The notes under the pieces: model-generated | Databases searched by the model: none | Seen by the model: the letters and a program-made list of their open reading frames with translations, nothing else | What the model was told of the DNA's origin: nothing | Virus record (IMG/VR): IMGVR_UViG_3300045988_116587 | Coordinates: 1 to 59,801 of that record | DNA from: a virus | Length of the DNA stretch: 59,801 nucleotides | Direction: 5' to 3' (one strand) | Part shown: piece by piece, positions 51,191 through 59,248 of the stretch | Numbering within the stretch: position 1 is the stretch's first letter | How the letters are laid out: every line of letters starts with the position of its first letter | Position numbers and translations under genes: made by a program

Positions 51191-51220
51191 AAGCCTAGGA
51201 GCATAATTCCTAGGCTTTTT
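51191..51220. terminator. Bidirectional terminator between convergent genes
   Basis: 10-bp stem AAGCCTAGGA / TCCTAGGCTT flanked by an A-run and a T-run. Confidence 0.75.
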
Positions 51221-51226
51221 ACTTTG

Positions 51227-51583
51227 TTATTCAGCTTTTGGTTTTTTTGCCAGTGCGATAACTGCCAGTACTACGTTGATAAGGCACCATCCAGCCCAGA
51301 TCTGCAGGTCTGCAAATGTTCCGGCTAAGAAAAATCCCATCAGTGCTGCAAGACCGAATAAAACGATCAAAGCGATGTTTCCACCGTTTTTCTCAGATTT
51401 CCGTGTCGCAATGGATACAATTCCACCTGCCAGCATAAGTAGAGCGACTACGATTCCTACACTTCCGCTGGCTTCTCCTGATTCTTCCAGTGCATTGCTG
51501 ACACCAGCTGCGCAAGACTGAAAGCTAACGAGGCAGAAGAAGATGATTGAAAAGATACCTGATACAAGTTTCCATACTTTCAT
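51227..51583 (-). CDS. Four-TM membrane protein
   Basis: ATG at 51583 follows GGGGGA. In frame with tracked ORF 51227..51628. Four hydrophobic segments. Confidence 0.65.
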   Translation of the reverse strand: MKVWKLVSGIFSIIFFCLVSFQSCAAGVSNALEESGEASGSVGIVVALLMLAGGIVSIATRKSEKNGGNIALIVLFGLAALMGFFLAGTFADLQIWAGWCLINVVLAVIALAKKPKAE

Positions 51584-51671
51584 TTCTGAATCCCCCTTGA
51601 TATAAAATTTTCTATATAATCTTACCACGGAAGATGATTTTATTCAAGGATACAAGAAAATAAATTTATAC

Positions 51672-51700
51672 TTGACTTTTGTTTGTGGGTACAATATAAT
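51672..51700 (+). promoter_or_regulatory. Near-consensus promoter TTGACT -17- TATAAT
   Basis: -35 at 51672-51677, -10 at 51695-51700. Confidence 0.65.
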
Positions 51701-51733
51701 TAAAATGTACCAAAAAGAGAGGGGGTGAACAAA

Positions 51734-51910
51734 ATGGGAATCCCTAAAGGTACAAAACTGACAGATGCTCCTAAAAATCATACTTTAAAATTTAGGTATG
51801 ATGATGAGACAGAAAAGAAACTGAATTATCTTTCTGAAAAGAAAAACATATCTAAAGCGGAAGTTATAAGAAAGGGCATCGAGATTCAGTACAATACAGA
51901 AAAAGAGTAA
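51734..51910 (+). CDS. Ribbon-helix-helix (CopG-like) small protein
   Basis: MGIPKGTKLTDAPKNHTLKFRYDDETEKKLNYLSEKKNISKAEVIRKGI, an RHH pattern. Confidence 0.55.
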   Translation: MGIPKGTKLTDAPKNHTLKFRYDDETEKKLNYLSEKKNISKAEVIRKGIEIQYNTEKE

Positions 51911-52031
51911 TCGTTGAAAGTTTGGCAGCTTGCACGATTACTCTTACCACCCGCAAAAGGAGTGTATGTAAATTATAGCACTGCATACCTCCTTTTGTAA
52001 ACCAATTATTTACAGAACAGGAGGTATTTTT

Positions 52032-52277
52032 ATGGAACGAATCAACTGGAAATCTGAATACGAAACCCTAGAGAAAGTTGCATTTTCCTTAGAAATGGAA
52101 TGTAGAAAAGAAAGTCTTCGCAAAATCATCAACGAATTGGCATCGGAAATTAATCTAGAACCCAAACTGTATGATATCGCAGATTTTCTGGCGAGGATGA
52201 ACGGTAAAGCCATTGACGATAATGATGGTCAACCGGGATATAAACTTGTTTCCAAAGGAAAGGAGAGTGTTGCGTAA
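52032..52277 (+). CDS. Hypothetical protein
   Basis: Tracked 81-aa ORF after AGGAGG. Confidence 0.55.
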   Translation: MERINWKSEYETLEKVAFSLEMECRKESLRKIINELASEINLEPKLYDIADFLARMNGKAIDDNDGQPGYKLVSKGKESVA

Positions 52278-52411
52278 TGGATAACAGACAGAAATTACAT
52301 CAGATGATTGACAGTATCAGCAGTGATGGAACACTCGCCTATCTGGAAACCTTTATCAGACTGTTTATCGATAAATTTGTTTTCGATGGAGGGAAAGTCC
52401 ATGAAAAATAG
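52277..52411 (+). CDS. 44-aa protein, paralogue of 27817..27939
   Basis: ATG overlaps the upstream TAA. MDNRQKLHQMIDSISSDGTLAYLETFIRLFIDKF... Confidence 0.45.
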   Translation: MDNRQKLHQMIDSISSDGTLAYLETFIRLFIDKFVFDGGKVHEK

Positions 52412-53171
52412 TATGCAGGTTATGTGTGCCACTCTGACTTCTATGGAAGTTGCAGAGATGGTGGAAAAGACACATGATAACTTAATAAAAGCCATCAGAA
52501 GGTACAGCAAATATATTGATGAATCCAATATTTCTTTAGATGCCGTCAAAAATGACGCGGTTAAAAACGAAATTGGAGATAACACCGTCAAAAATGACGC
52601 GGTTGAAACGGAAGTAATCAATCTACAAGAATTTTGGACATCTGCACAGTATATTGATAGTAAAGGACAGACCCGCCCTTGCTACAACATCACCAAGAAA
52701 GGCTGCGAATTCATTGCTCACAAGTGTACTGGTAAGAAAGGAACCGTCTTCACCGCCCGGTATATAAACAGATTTCGCGAAATGGAGCAGGAAATTTCCG
52801 GTAACAAGCCGAGAAAACGCCTGTCAGCTAAGAAACCGGTTCCGAAAGTATCAAATTGTCCTGCACCACCGGCAGAAAACTGGTACCGAAAGAACCGATG
52901 GAAGATTAAAAGCTGTGTTCCTGGACTGTTTCAGTCGGAAAACCACTTCTTGAGCGACCTTTTCGACATCGTGAATTCAGAATATGACACAGTAAAGGCA
53001 GCGAAAATGTATGAGGAGCAGACAGGGAAGAAAGCGGAACGTGCGGTTGACTTACTGGATTTCTTCCCAGATATGGGGGAATATGCACAGTGGTTTCTTG
53101 ATTACGTTTTCAAGTGGAGAAAAGTCAATGGACTGGATCCAGATGATGGTGTAAAGAAGAAAGATGAATAA
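52401..53171 (+). CDS. Rha-family phage regulatory protein (antirepressor-like)
   Basis: ATG 52401 in frame with tracked ORF 52308..53171. SMEVAEMVEKTHDNLIKAIRRY...YNITKKGCEFIAHKCTGKKGTVFTARYINRFREME, with an internal DAVKN-type repeat insertion. Confidence 0.7.
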   Translation: MKNSMQVMCATLTSMEVAEMVEKTHDNLIKAIRRYSKYIDESNISLDAVKNDAVKNEIGDNTVKNDAVETEVINLQEFWTSAQYIDSKGQTRPCYNITKKGCEFIAHKCTGKKGTVFTARYINRFREMEQEISGNKPRKRLSAKKPVPKVSNCPAPPAENWYRKNRWKIKSCVPGLFQSENHFLSDLFDIVNSEYDTVKAAKMYEEQTGKKAERAVDLLDFFPDMGEYAQWFLDYVFKWRKVNGLDPDDGVKKKDE

Positions 53172-53177
53172 GGTTAA

Positions 53178-53207
53178 AAGACCATCGTTTTTGAGCGGTG
53201 GTCTTTT
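53178..53207 (+). terminator. Intrinsic terminator
   Basis: Stem AAGACCA / TGGTCTT followed by Ts. Confidence 0.6.
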
Positions 53208-53234
53208 GCACATTGCAATATTATCGCTATATTA

Positions 53235-53262
53235 TTGCATTAATATTGAAATATGATATAAT
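53235..53262 (+). promoter_or_regulatory. Promoter TTGCAT -16- TGaTATAAT
   Basis: -35 at 53235-53240, -10 at 53257-53262 with upstream TG. Confidence 0.55.
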
Positions 53263-53285
53263 AATAAAAAACAGGAGGTACGCTG

Positions 53286-53681
53286 ATGAAAGAAGAAAAC
53301 GATATGCTCCAGTCTTATAAAGATCGGATTAAAAGACAGAATGATGCAGTAAAAAATAATTATGACAAGATATCCTGTACGATTCCGAAAGGGACAAAGG
53401 ACAAAATCAGATCGCATGGATATTCAGTGAATACTTTTGTCAATGAAGCGATCAGACGGTATCTGGCATATCTGGAACCTGCGAAACCAGTAGAAGAGAA
53501 ACAACAGTTTGTACTTAAAGACGGAAGAATAGCCAGAACGCCAGAAGAGATGAACGAATGGTTGCGTGAAAAGCAAGAAGAAGACACAAAGAAACTCGAA
53601 GAAGAGAAGTACAACGGATTTACCCAAGAAGAGTACCGGGATCTTACCAAGACTAAAGAGAAATTCGAAACAAATTTATAA
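53286..53681 (+). CDS. RHH/Arc-like N-terminal domain protein with charged C-terminus
   Basis: Tracked 131-aa ORF after AGGAGG. KISCTIPKGTKDKIRSHGYSVNTFVNEAIRRYL. Confidence 0.6.
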   Translation: MKEENDMLQSYKDRIKRQNDAVKNNYDKISCTIPKGTKDKIRSHGYSVNTFVNEAIRRYLAYLEPAKPVEEKQQFVLKDGRIARTPEEMNEWLREKQEEDTKKLEEEKYNGFTQEEYRDLTKTKEKFETNL

Positions 53682-54616
53682 TTTTTTCAAAAATCTCCTA
53701 GAAAAATCGCGCGTTTTAAGGGGATTTTTTGACGAAAAAATTTCCGCTCAAAAAAGATGTCACCCCAAAACCAGATGGCGAAAAATCTGGATCAAAATTC
53801 CTGTTCCATTTTGACTGCGTTTTAAATAAATACATATTCTTCGGTTGTCTGGTGGCTGATCTGCCTGGAAATGCGGTAAAAATGTTTGTAGTTGTCCATA
53901 GTATACCACAAGCCACGTAAAAGACAATATGCCAGATGCAGAAATGCCCGTGAAAACGTGTTTTTGCGGTCAATTCCGGTATATTTGCGCGTATGGCAAA
54001 TAGAACCCATAAACAGCAGAAAGCCGCTAAAAATGGTGTTGCTCGTTTCTGGGTTCACTTAATAAAACCGATCCGCTTGGATCCGCTGCCAGAAAACAAA
54101 TATGCAATTGTTTTTTTTGCCGTCAATCTTTGACTTGTGTCCAGTACGGCGTTGACACGATGCCAGGACGATTATATACCGACGTTCCTGATCTCGAGCC
54201 GGGAAGGTTTTGCGCTCCTATCTTGCGGTCAATTTTCGGAATTATAACGGGGCATAATTAACCAAAAGCTACCGACTGCCATTTTTTACCGCTGGCAGCT
54301 GCGGAGCAACGCAACAGTGCGCGCCTTTTTATCTTTTTTCTTTTCTTGGCTGATCCGGTGCAGCATCACGGCCACCGGCAACAGTGCAAGGACTGGCGGT
54401 TCCCTTGCTTTCTGACTTCCTACCGCCTTAAAAAGTGCCGTCCGGCTCATTTTCTACACTGGCCAGAGTGCAGACAGGTACACGGCACAAATAACGCTGC
54501 GTGGATTTGCATCACGCATAAAAACAACTAGCGCGTGTCTGAAAAATAAAAATTGCACAAACCAAATGTTGCATTTTCATTCTAACCAAATTTCTATTTG
54601 TTCTGAGCGTATGAAG

Positions 54617-54644
54617 AGCGTAGCAGGTAAAAGCCTGCTACGCT
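54617..54644 (-). terminator. 11-bp hairpin downstream of the minus-strand operon (no clear U-tract)
   Basis: AGCGTAGCAGG-taaaa-(g)CCTGCTACGCT. Confidence 0.4.
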
Positions 54645-54664
54645 TCAACTAATACTGTATTCAA

Positions 54665-54908
54665 TTAGCAACACTCTTTTTCGCAAAGAAAACCGTACAA
54701 AATATCTTCGTATAACTCGCATGGGATTTCTTCTTCTTCCAACGGCTTTCTCAGCTCTTGTATATCTATTTCGCAAAGTTCGCTTTCTGACAATCCGGCT
54801 TTCAACGCCGCTTCGTGATCAAGCGCTGCGTCAATTGACTCAAGCGCTTCTTCTCTGCTAAAACCCATTGCTACTACTTCGTTTAAAAGATCTATTGTTT
54901 TTTTTCAT
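54665..54908 (-). CDS. Small very acidic protein; upstream ATG (54908) is out of frame by one base at an A8 tract (tracked part 54665..54868)
   Basis: Minus strand: GGGGGA-n8-ATG AAAAAAAA C... With A7 it would read MKKTIDLLNEVVAMGFSREEALESIDAAL... With A8 the upstream frame stops after 16 codons. Confidence 0.55.
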
Positions 54909-54987
54909 ATTTTGTTCCCCCTGTTTGCTTTTTTTGATTATACTATAGATTCGTTGCGCTGTCGATGTAAAAAACAACTTCTTGCAC

Positions 54988-55074
54988 CTATTGAATATAT
55001 GCAAAATCTCCTTGCATTCCTGCGAGTGCGATCAGGTCTTTTCTAATTACCTGTGATAATTCTCTGTTTGTCAT
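54988..55074 (-). CDS. 28-aa ORF
   Basis: AAGGAG-n10-ATG. MTNRELSQVIRKDLIALAGMQGDFAYIQ. Confidence 0.3.
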   Translation of the reverse strand: MTNRELSQVIRKDLIALAGMQGDFAYIQ

Positions 55075-55150
55075 GGTTCTCTTCTCCTTTCGTGCCCTGT
55101 CTCATCAGTGCAGGTGGGGCGGTTCCTACAGACGCCCGGAGGCGTTTCGG

Positions 55151-55486
55151 CTATTTGATTATTGTATCAGTCCAGATCCCAAGCATTTCCCGGAATTTGT
55201 TTTCTTGATCTGTGCAAAAATTTCCGTCTTTCAAGTGGAAAATTGCGTGATCTCCGTATTTTTCGTTGATGTCTTGAACGAAGTTGTAAAAACGTTCAAA
55301 CTCTTCAAGGTCTTCCAGAGGAAGAAGATAACGTTTTATTTCCTTGTTCGGTGCGTTGTAGTTGTCCACTTGGCAAGGATTTGAGAATAACGCTTCTACC
55401 TTGACCTTGCTCTTTCTGTCATCCTGCGTTTTTCTGTCAATCATTGTAAAAAGTGCCCAATTCATAAATTTTGTATAATCTTTCAT
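55151..55486 (-). CDS. Hypothetical protein
   Basis: Tracked 111-aa ORF. Confidence 0.6.
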   Translation of the reverse strand: MKDYTKFMNWALFTMIDRKTQDDRKSKVKVEALFSNPCQVDNYNAPNKEIKRYLLPLEDLEEFERFYNFVQDINEKYGDHAIFHLKDGNFCTDQENKFREMLGIWTDTIIK

Positions 55487-55567
55487 ATATTTTCCCTTTC
55501 TGGTCTGCCATCATCAGCACCGGGAGACCGTCCCGCGGTGGACTCCCATGTCTGGGAGTTTCGACTA

Positions 55568-55846
55568 TTAAAAGTCTTTTTTTCTCTTCACATCTTCAAC
55601 GGTATGCGGAAAATCTATGACATAAGCATAAGCCTTTCCATTATCTTCCGGGATATCATATCCGTTTTCTTTCAACAGTTCTGCAGCTGTCTGCAGGTAA
55701 TGGCTTCCGTATCCGTATGTTATTTCTGATTTTAAAATCTCACCATTCACAAAAACTTTTACAGTGTGATAAGTATTACCATAACTTCTCTGGAACCATC
55801 TTTTGCCCTCGATTTTCATAGTATTAATTTTTTTCATATCTTTCAC
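55568..55846 (-). CDS. Hypothetical protein (KRWFQRSYGNTYH motif)
   Basis: Tracked 92-aa ORF. First gene of a minus-strand three/four-gene unit. Confidence 0.6.
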   Translation of the reverse strand: MKDMKKINTMKIEGKRWFQRSYGNTYHTVKVFVNGEILKSEITYGYGSHYLQTAAELLKENGYDIPEDNGKAYAYVIDFPHTVEDVKRKKDF

Positions 55847-56118
55847 CTTTTCCGGATCTGTGCTATAATAGATCCGCCTTTCAATATTATTTTTTGCTTG
55901 GTGGCGTCCGGTCGGTTGCTAGCTTCCCGGACGTCTTTTTTATTTCTATTGTTTTCCTGTTGCTATGGTTATATAATACACAATAATAGACGAAAAGTAA
56001 ATCGACATAATACACAAAAATAGATGTTTTGCGTGGCGCAGAGATTGTGCAAATAGTACAAGAAAATAGACATTGACTAATTATAAAAAATCTATTATCA
56101 TATATTTATAGAAAGAAG

Positions 56119-56349
56119 GTGTTAAACGTGGCTAATTATGGCGAAAATGGTTATATTGATTTTTCGAGACTTTGGGTATTAATGAAAAAGAAAGAGCTAA
56201 ACAAGCAATGGCTTAAAAATAACGGCATACATTCTAATACAGTAGCCAAGCTGACAAAAAACGAAAATGTTACTTGTGAGGTTATATGTAATCTTTGCCG
56301 GCTGTTGAATTGTCAACCGGCTGATATTATGGAATATAAAAGAAAATAA
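56119..56349 (+). CDS. XRE-family HTH regulator
   Basis: 76-aa ORF. LNKQWLKNNGIHSNTVAKLTKNENVTCEVICNLCRLLNCQPADIMEY. Divergent from the minus-strand unit. Confidence 0.7.
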   Translation: MLNVANYGENGYIDFSRLWVLMKKKELNKQWLKNNGIHSNTVAKLTKNENVTCEVICNLCRLLNCQPADIMEYKRK

Positions 56350-56449
56350 AATACACGGCAATAGGCTATTGACATATACACGATAATATACTAAAATAAT
56401 ACTTGTAAGGAACAGAAAACAAATACAAACTAATAGGAGGAAAGAAAAA

Positions 56450-56743
56450 ATGAAATATATTGAAATCACGAATCAAGAAATAGTTGAAGGATTCAAAAAC
56501 TCATGCCCGATATTCATCGGAGAAGAGACCGAAGAACTTCACAAGCGTATTATTCGCATGAAATTAAGCGTTGACTGTCAAGGTGACATACTCGCACAGA
56601 CCGAAGACAGCGACAAATATTGGATAACTACAGAACCAACCGTTATTCGCTGGAATAGAAATGGTACGTATGAAATCAGAATGAAATACAGTGTACATAA
56701 AGAAAGTAAATATAATAATAAAATTTATGAGTTTATAAAATAA
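56450..56743 (+). CDS. Hypothetical protein
   Basis: Tracked 97-aa ORF after AGGAGG. Confidence 0.6.
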   Translation: MKYIEITNQEIVEGFKNSCPIFIGEETEELHKRIIRMKLSVDCQGDILAQTEDSDKYWITTEPTVIRWNRNGTYEIRMKYSVHKESKYNNKIYEFIK

Positions 56744-56762
56744 GACATTTTGGAAAGGGGAA

Positions 56763-56960
56763 ATGAAAATGAATAAGCAAGATATGAAAAATTATAAAAT
56801 AGCTTCTGAGGTAACTACTTCGGAATGCTATACAGGGACAAAAGATTGTGGCTCCTGCATGCACGCTTTCCCAGGCAGTTACTCTCTGGATCTGATGGAT
56901 ACAGACTGCGACGGATCGGAGAAAGACGTGTGCAGGATGTGCAAAAAAGACGCAAAGTAA
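56763..56960 (+). CDS. Cys-rich small protein
   Basis: Tracked 65-aa ORF. CYTGTKDCGSCMH...CDGSEKDVCRMC. Confidence 0.5.
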   Translation: MKMNKQDMKNYKIASEVTTSECYTGTKDCGSCMHAFPGSYSLDLMDTDCDGSEKDVCRMCKKDAK

Positions 56961-56975
56961 GAAAGGGGAATGAAC

Positions 56976-57200
56976 ATGAAAATAAATATTTCCGAATTAG
57001 TCGGAACGCACATTTTTGATGGAGCGACCGACTATAGGATAACCGCATATAGTTATCCGAACATCTATGCGGAAGAGCTGGAATATGATGAAAGTTTAGA
57101 AGAATTCCGAGGAACAGGGAAAAACATCACAATGAGATCTGGAGAAGTCGAAAGAGATTACAAAAGCGACTTCGGAACCGAAATGAAAATTGAATGGTAG
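56976..57200 (+). CDS. Hypothetical protein
   Basis: ATG 56976 is 7 nt after AGGGG. In frame with tracked ORF 56970..57200. Confidence 0.55.
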   Translation: MKINISELVGTHIFDGATDYRITAYSYPNIYAEELEYDESLEEFRGTGKNITMRSGEVERDYKSDFGTEMKIEW

Positions 57201-57206
57201 AAGAAA

Positions 57207-57242
57207 AAAGAAACCAAGGTACAAAAACCAAGGTTTCTTTTT
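57207..57242 (+). terminator. Intrinsic terminator
   Basis: 9-bp stem AAAGAAACC / GGTTTCTTT followed by Ts. Confidence 0.7.
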
Positions 57243-57340
57243 CGCTTCTGGTGCAGTCGATGAGTAAAAAACGATCACCCACAAAACCAACGAAAACAAT
57301 TATAAATACGGCTTTCTGACTATATGTAAAAAGTTATACA

Positions 57341-57372
57341 GTACAACCCACGGTACAACCTATAGTACACAC
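57341..57372. repeat. Three direct repeats at exact 12-bp spacing (GTACAACC, GTACAACC, GTACACAC)
   Basis: Repeat starts at 57341, 57353 and 57365, read directly. Confidence 0.7.
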
Positions 57373-57385
57373 AAGTCCCAAAATG

Positions 57386-57481
57386 GCAAAAAAGAAAGCG
57401 CATAGAAAGAAAGACAGAAAGAGACAAAGAAAGAAGCAAAGAAATAGAGAAAGAATAGAAAGAAAGATTATAAAGAAAAAA
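57386..57481. repeat. About 95-nt almost pure purine (A/G) tract built from AGAAAG-type units
   Basis: aaaaagaaagcgcatagaaagaaagacagaaagagacaaagaaagaagcaaagaaatagagaaagaatagaaagaaag..., followed by (TA)n/TATAAT-rich DNA up to about 57600. Confidence 0.8.
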
Positions 57482-57624
57482 TATATATAATACTACGTTG
57501 TCTATATAATAAAATATATATATATAATAAAACAAAGAGGGAAGAAGCGCCCGCGTATAATAATTTTTATTTATTTATTTTTATATAATGGCACACAAGG
57601 GAAAATAAATTTTAAAATTGGGTA

Positions 57625-57653
57625 TTGCGTTTTTTTTGCTCCTGGTGTATAGT
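57625..57653 (+). promoter_or_regulatory. Promoter TTGCGT -17- TATAGT, candidate late-operon promoter
   Basis: -35 at 57625-57630, -10 at 57648-57653. About 135 nt upstream of a strong terminator and 210 nt upstream of terS. Confidence 0.5.
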
Positions 57654-57787
57654 TGACTCAACGGAAAACAAAAAAGGGAATTGATTAGGACATGCAGCAA
57701 CCAGTTGACACACTGGGAGCAATCGAAAGCGAGGGATCACAACAGGATCCTGAAGACCTTAGAGCATAGGCCAGAAAGTGATTAGGA

Positions 57788-57832
57788 CTCATCAACCTGA
57801 CAAGTAATTTGTCGGATTGATGAGTTTTTTTT
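57788..57832 (+). terminator. Strong intrinsic terminator immediately upstream of terS
   Basis: Stem CTCATCAA / TTGATGAG enclosing an inner GACAA-n5-TTGTC hairpin, followed by T8 (57825-57832). Confidence 0.75.
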
Positions 57833-57861
57833 ATTTGCAGATCAAAAAGGAGGTTGAGAGC

Positions 57862-58641
57862 ATGGCAAGAAAAAGAAGAACAGTAGCGGGACCAGATGAC
57901 CCAAGACGGTTGACAGATCCGAGAAACATACCGATTGAGTTCAACGATATCGAAGTTACCGTTGACAACCTTGAGAGACTTGCGGAAGACATCCTTTTCG
58001 ACTGCTGCCAGGAAACAGACACGGATCCCACCGAGATACCGCCGAGTATATGGTTGTATACACTTCTTGAGATCAACGAAAAGCTGTTCAGGGGAAACAA
58101 GAGCATGCTAAAAAAACATCCTGCGGAGCATGATGAATATAACGCCGAAAGAGTTTTAAAGGCATACGAAGTGTACAAAAAACTCTGTGTAAAACACAAG
58201 CAGCAGATAACTATAAAAGGCTTTTCTGATATGACTGGAATTAATACACAGACTATTTATAACTGGGACTCTGATAGTAAATATAATGCTATAGGGTATG
58301 GTAGTAGTAGTGAAACACTAAGCAAAAGAGCTTTAGATCTCGCAAAAACTATAAGAAGAGATAATGAACAGTCATTAGAAGCACTTCTATTAGACAAGAG
58401 CATCAACCCTGTGAAGCCACTGGCAATCCTGAATCGTAATCATTTGTGGAACATGCCGGGAGTTACCAGGGAAACAGCACCGAAAAGAGCATTGTCAGCG
58501 GATCAGTTACCGCAGCTGGGTGGCTCAGAAGTGTGCAAAATCAGCCAAAACGATGCAAAAAGCAGTGAGTTTTTGAAAGTGGAAAAAGATGCACAAAAAC
58601 CTTTGCCAGAATTGGTAGAAGTGCATGAAAATGAACAGTGA
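57862..58641 (+). CDS. terS: Terminase small subunit (gp3 DNA-packaging family pattern)
   Basis: ATG 57862 follows AAGGAGG. ITIKGFSDMTGINTQTIYNW HTH and ...PLAILNRNHLWN resemble the GP3_package family (from memory). Confidence 0.6.
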   Translation: MARKRRTVAGPDDPRRLTDPRNIPIEFNDIEVTVDNLERLAEDILFDCCQETDTDPTEIPPSIWLYTLLEINEKLFRGNKSMLKKHPAEHDEYNAERVLKAYEVYKKLCVKHKQQITIKGFSDMTGINTQTIYNWDSDSKYNAIGYGSSSETLSKRALDLAKTIRRDNEQSLEALLLDKSINPVKPLAILNRNHLWNMPGVTRETAPKRALSADQLPQLGGSEVCKISQNDAKSSEFLKVEKDAQKPLPELVEVHENEQ

Positions 58642-58795
58642 TCTATCGGACAAACAATGATTTGTCGTATAGATTAGATGCGAAATCGAATACACATATG
58701 ATCATCAGCTAAAGGGGGCTTGGGGGTCTGGTGGAAATCGAAAAACCGCCTTACTTAGTCCTCCAAATTCCCGAAAAAATAAAAAGGGGTATGCT

Positions 58796-59233
58796 ATGGA
58801 AAGTAAGAAGAAAAGAGAATACGGTCCAGATGACTACCTGTTAGAAATGCCAAGCGGTACAAAATGCATCGTAAAACGTTCTAGCCAAAAGTATGACGAG
58901 CAGAAAAATGTAGTGAAATTCAAGACTTTGAATGATGGATATATAGAAATTCCTAGTGGAGCATTCATCCTGTCGAAATATAGTCCACTTTTTGATCCGA
59001 AGAAATCTCTTGATTCGTATATGTCTCGAAACTATCCAGAACAAGAGATAATATATGGCGAAAAACATTGGCTTCCGATGTGCATTGTTCAGACTAAGGA
59101 CGGAGTATTTCATATTGAAGCAGATGAGATAACAAAGGATCCAGGGAATCAATTCATGTATATTTCGTTGAAAGGAAAAATCGTTGCTGCATTCAGAAAA
59201 GACAGTATCCAGTATGTATGCAAATTCACGTAG
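58796..59233 (+). CDS. Hypothetical protein
   Basis: Tracked 145-aa ORF. Confidence 0.6.
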   Translation: MESKKKREYGPDDYLLEMPSGTKCIVKRSSQKYDEQKNVVKFKTLNDGYIEIPSGAFILSKYSPLFDPKKSLDSYMSRNYPEQEIIYGEKHWLPMCIVQTKDGVFHIEADEITKDPGNQFMYISLKGKIVAAFRKDSIQYVCKFT

Positions 59234-59248
59234 AGAGGTTTTGAACAC

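Noticed and set aside
53729-54531. Short ORFs 53729-53920 (+), 53716-53973 (-), 53822-54058 (-) and 54346-54531 (+)
   Set aside because: They overlap one another, lack an SD, and have Cys/Trp/His/Arg-rich composition. They are more likely chance ORFs in GC-richer non-coding or decayed DNA.
57320-57535. 71-aa minus-strand ORF (MFYYIYIFYYI...)
   Set aside because: It is a translation of the complement of the purine tract and TA-rich DNA, giving pure low complexity.
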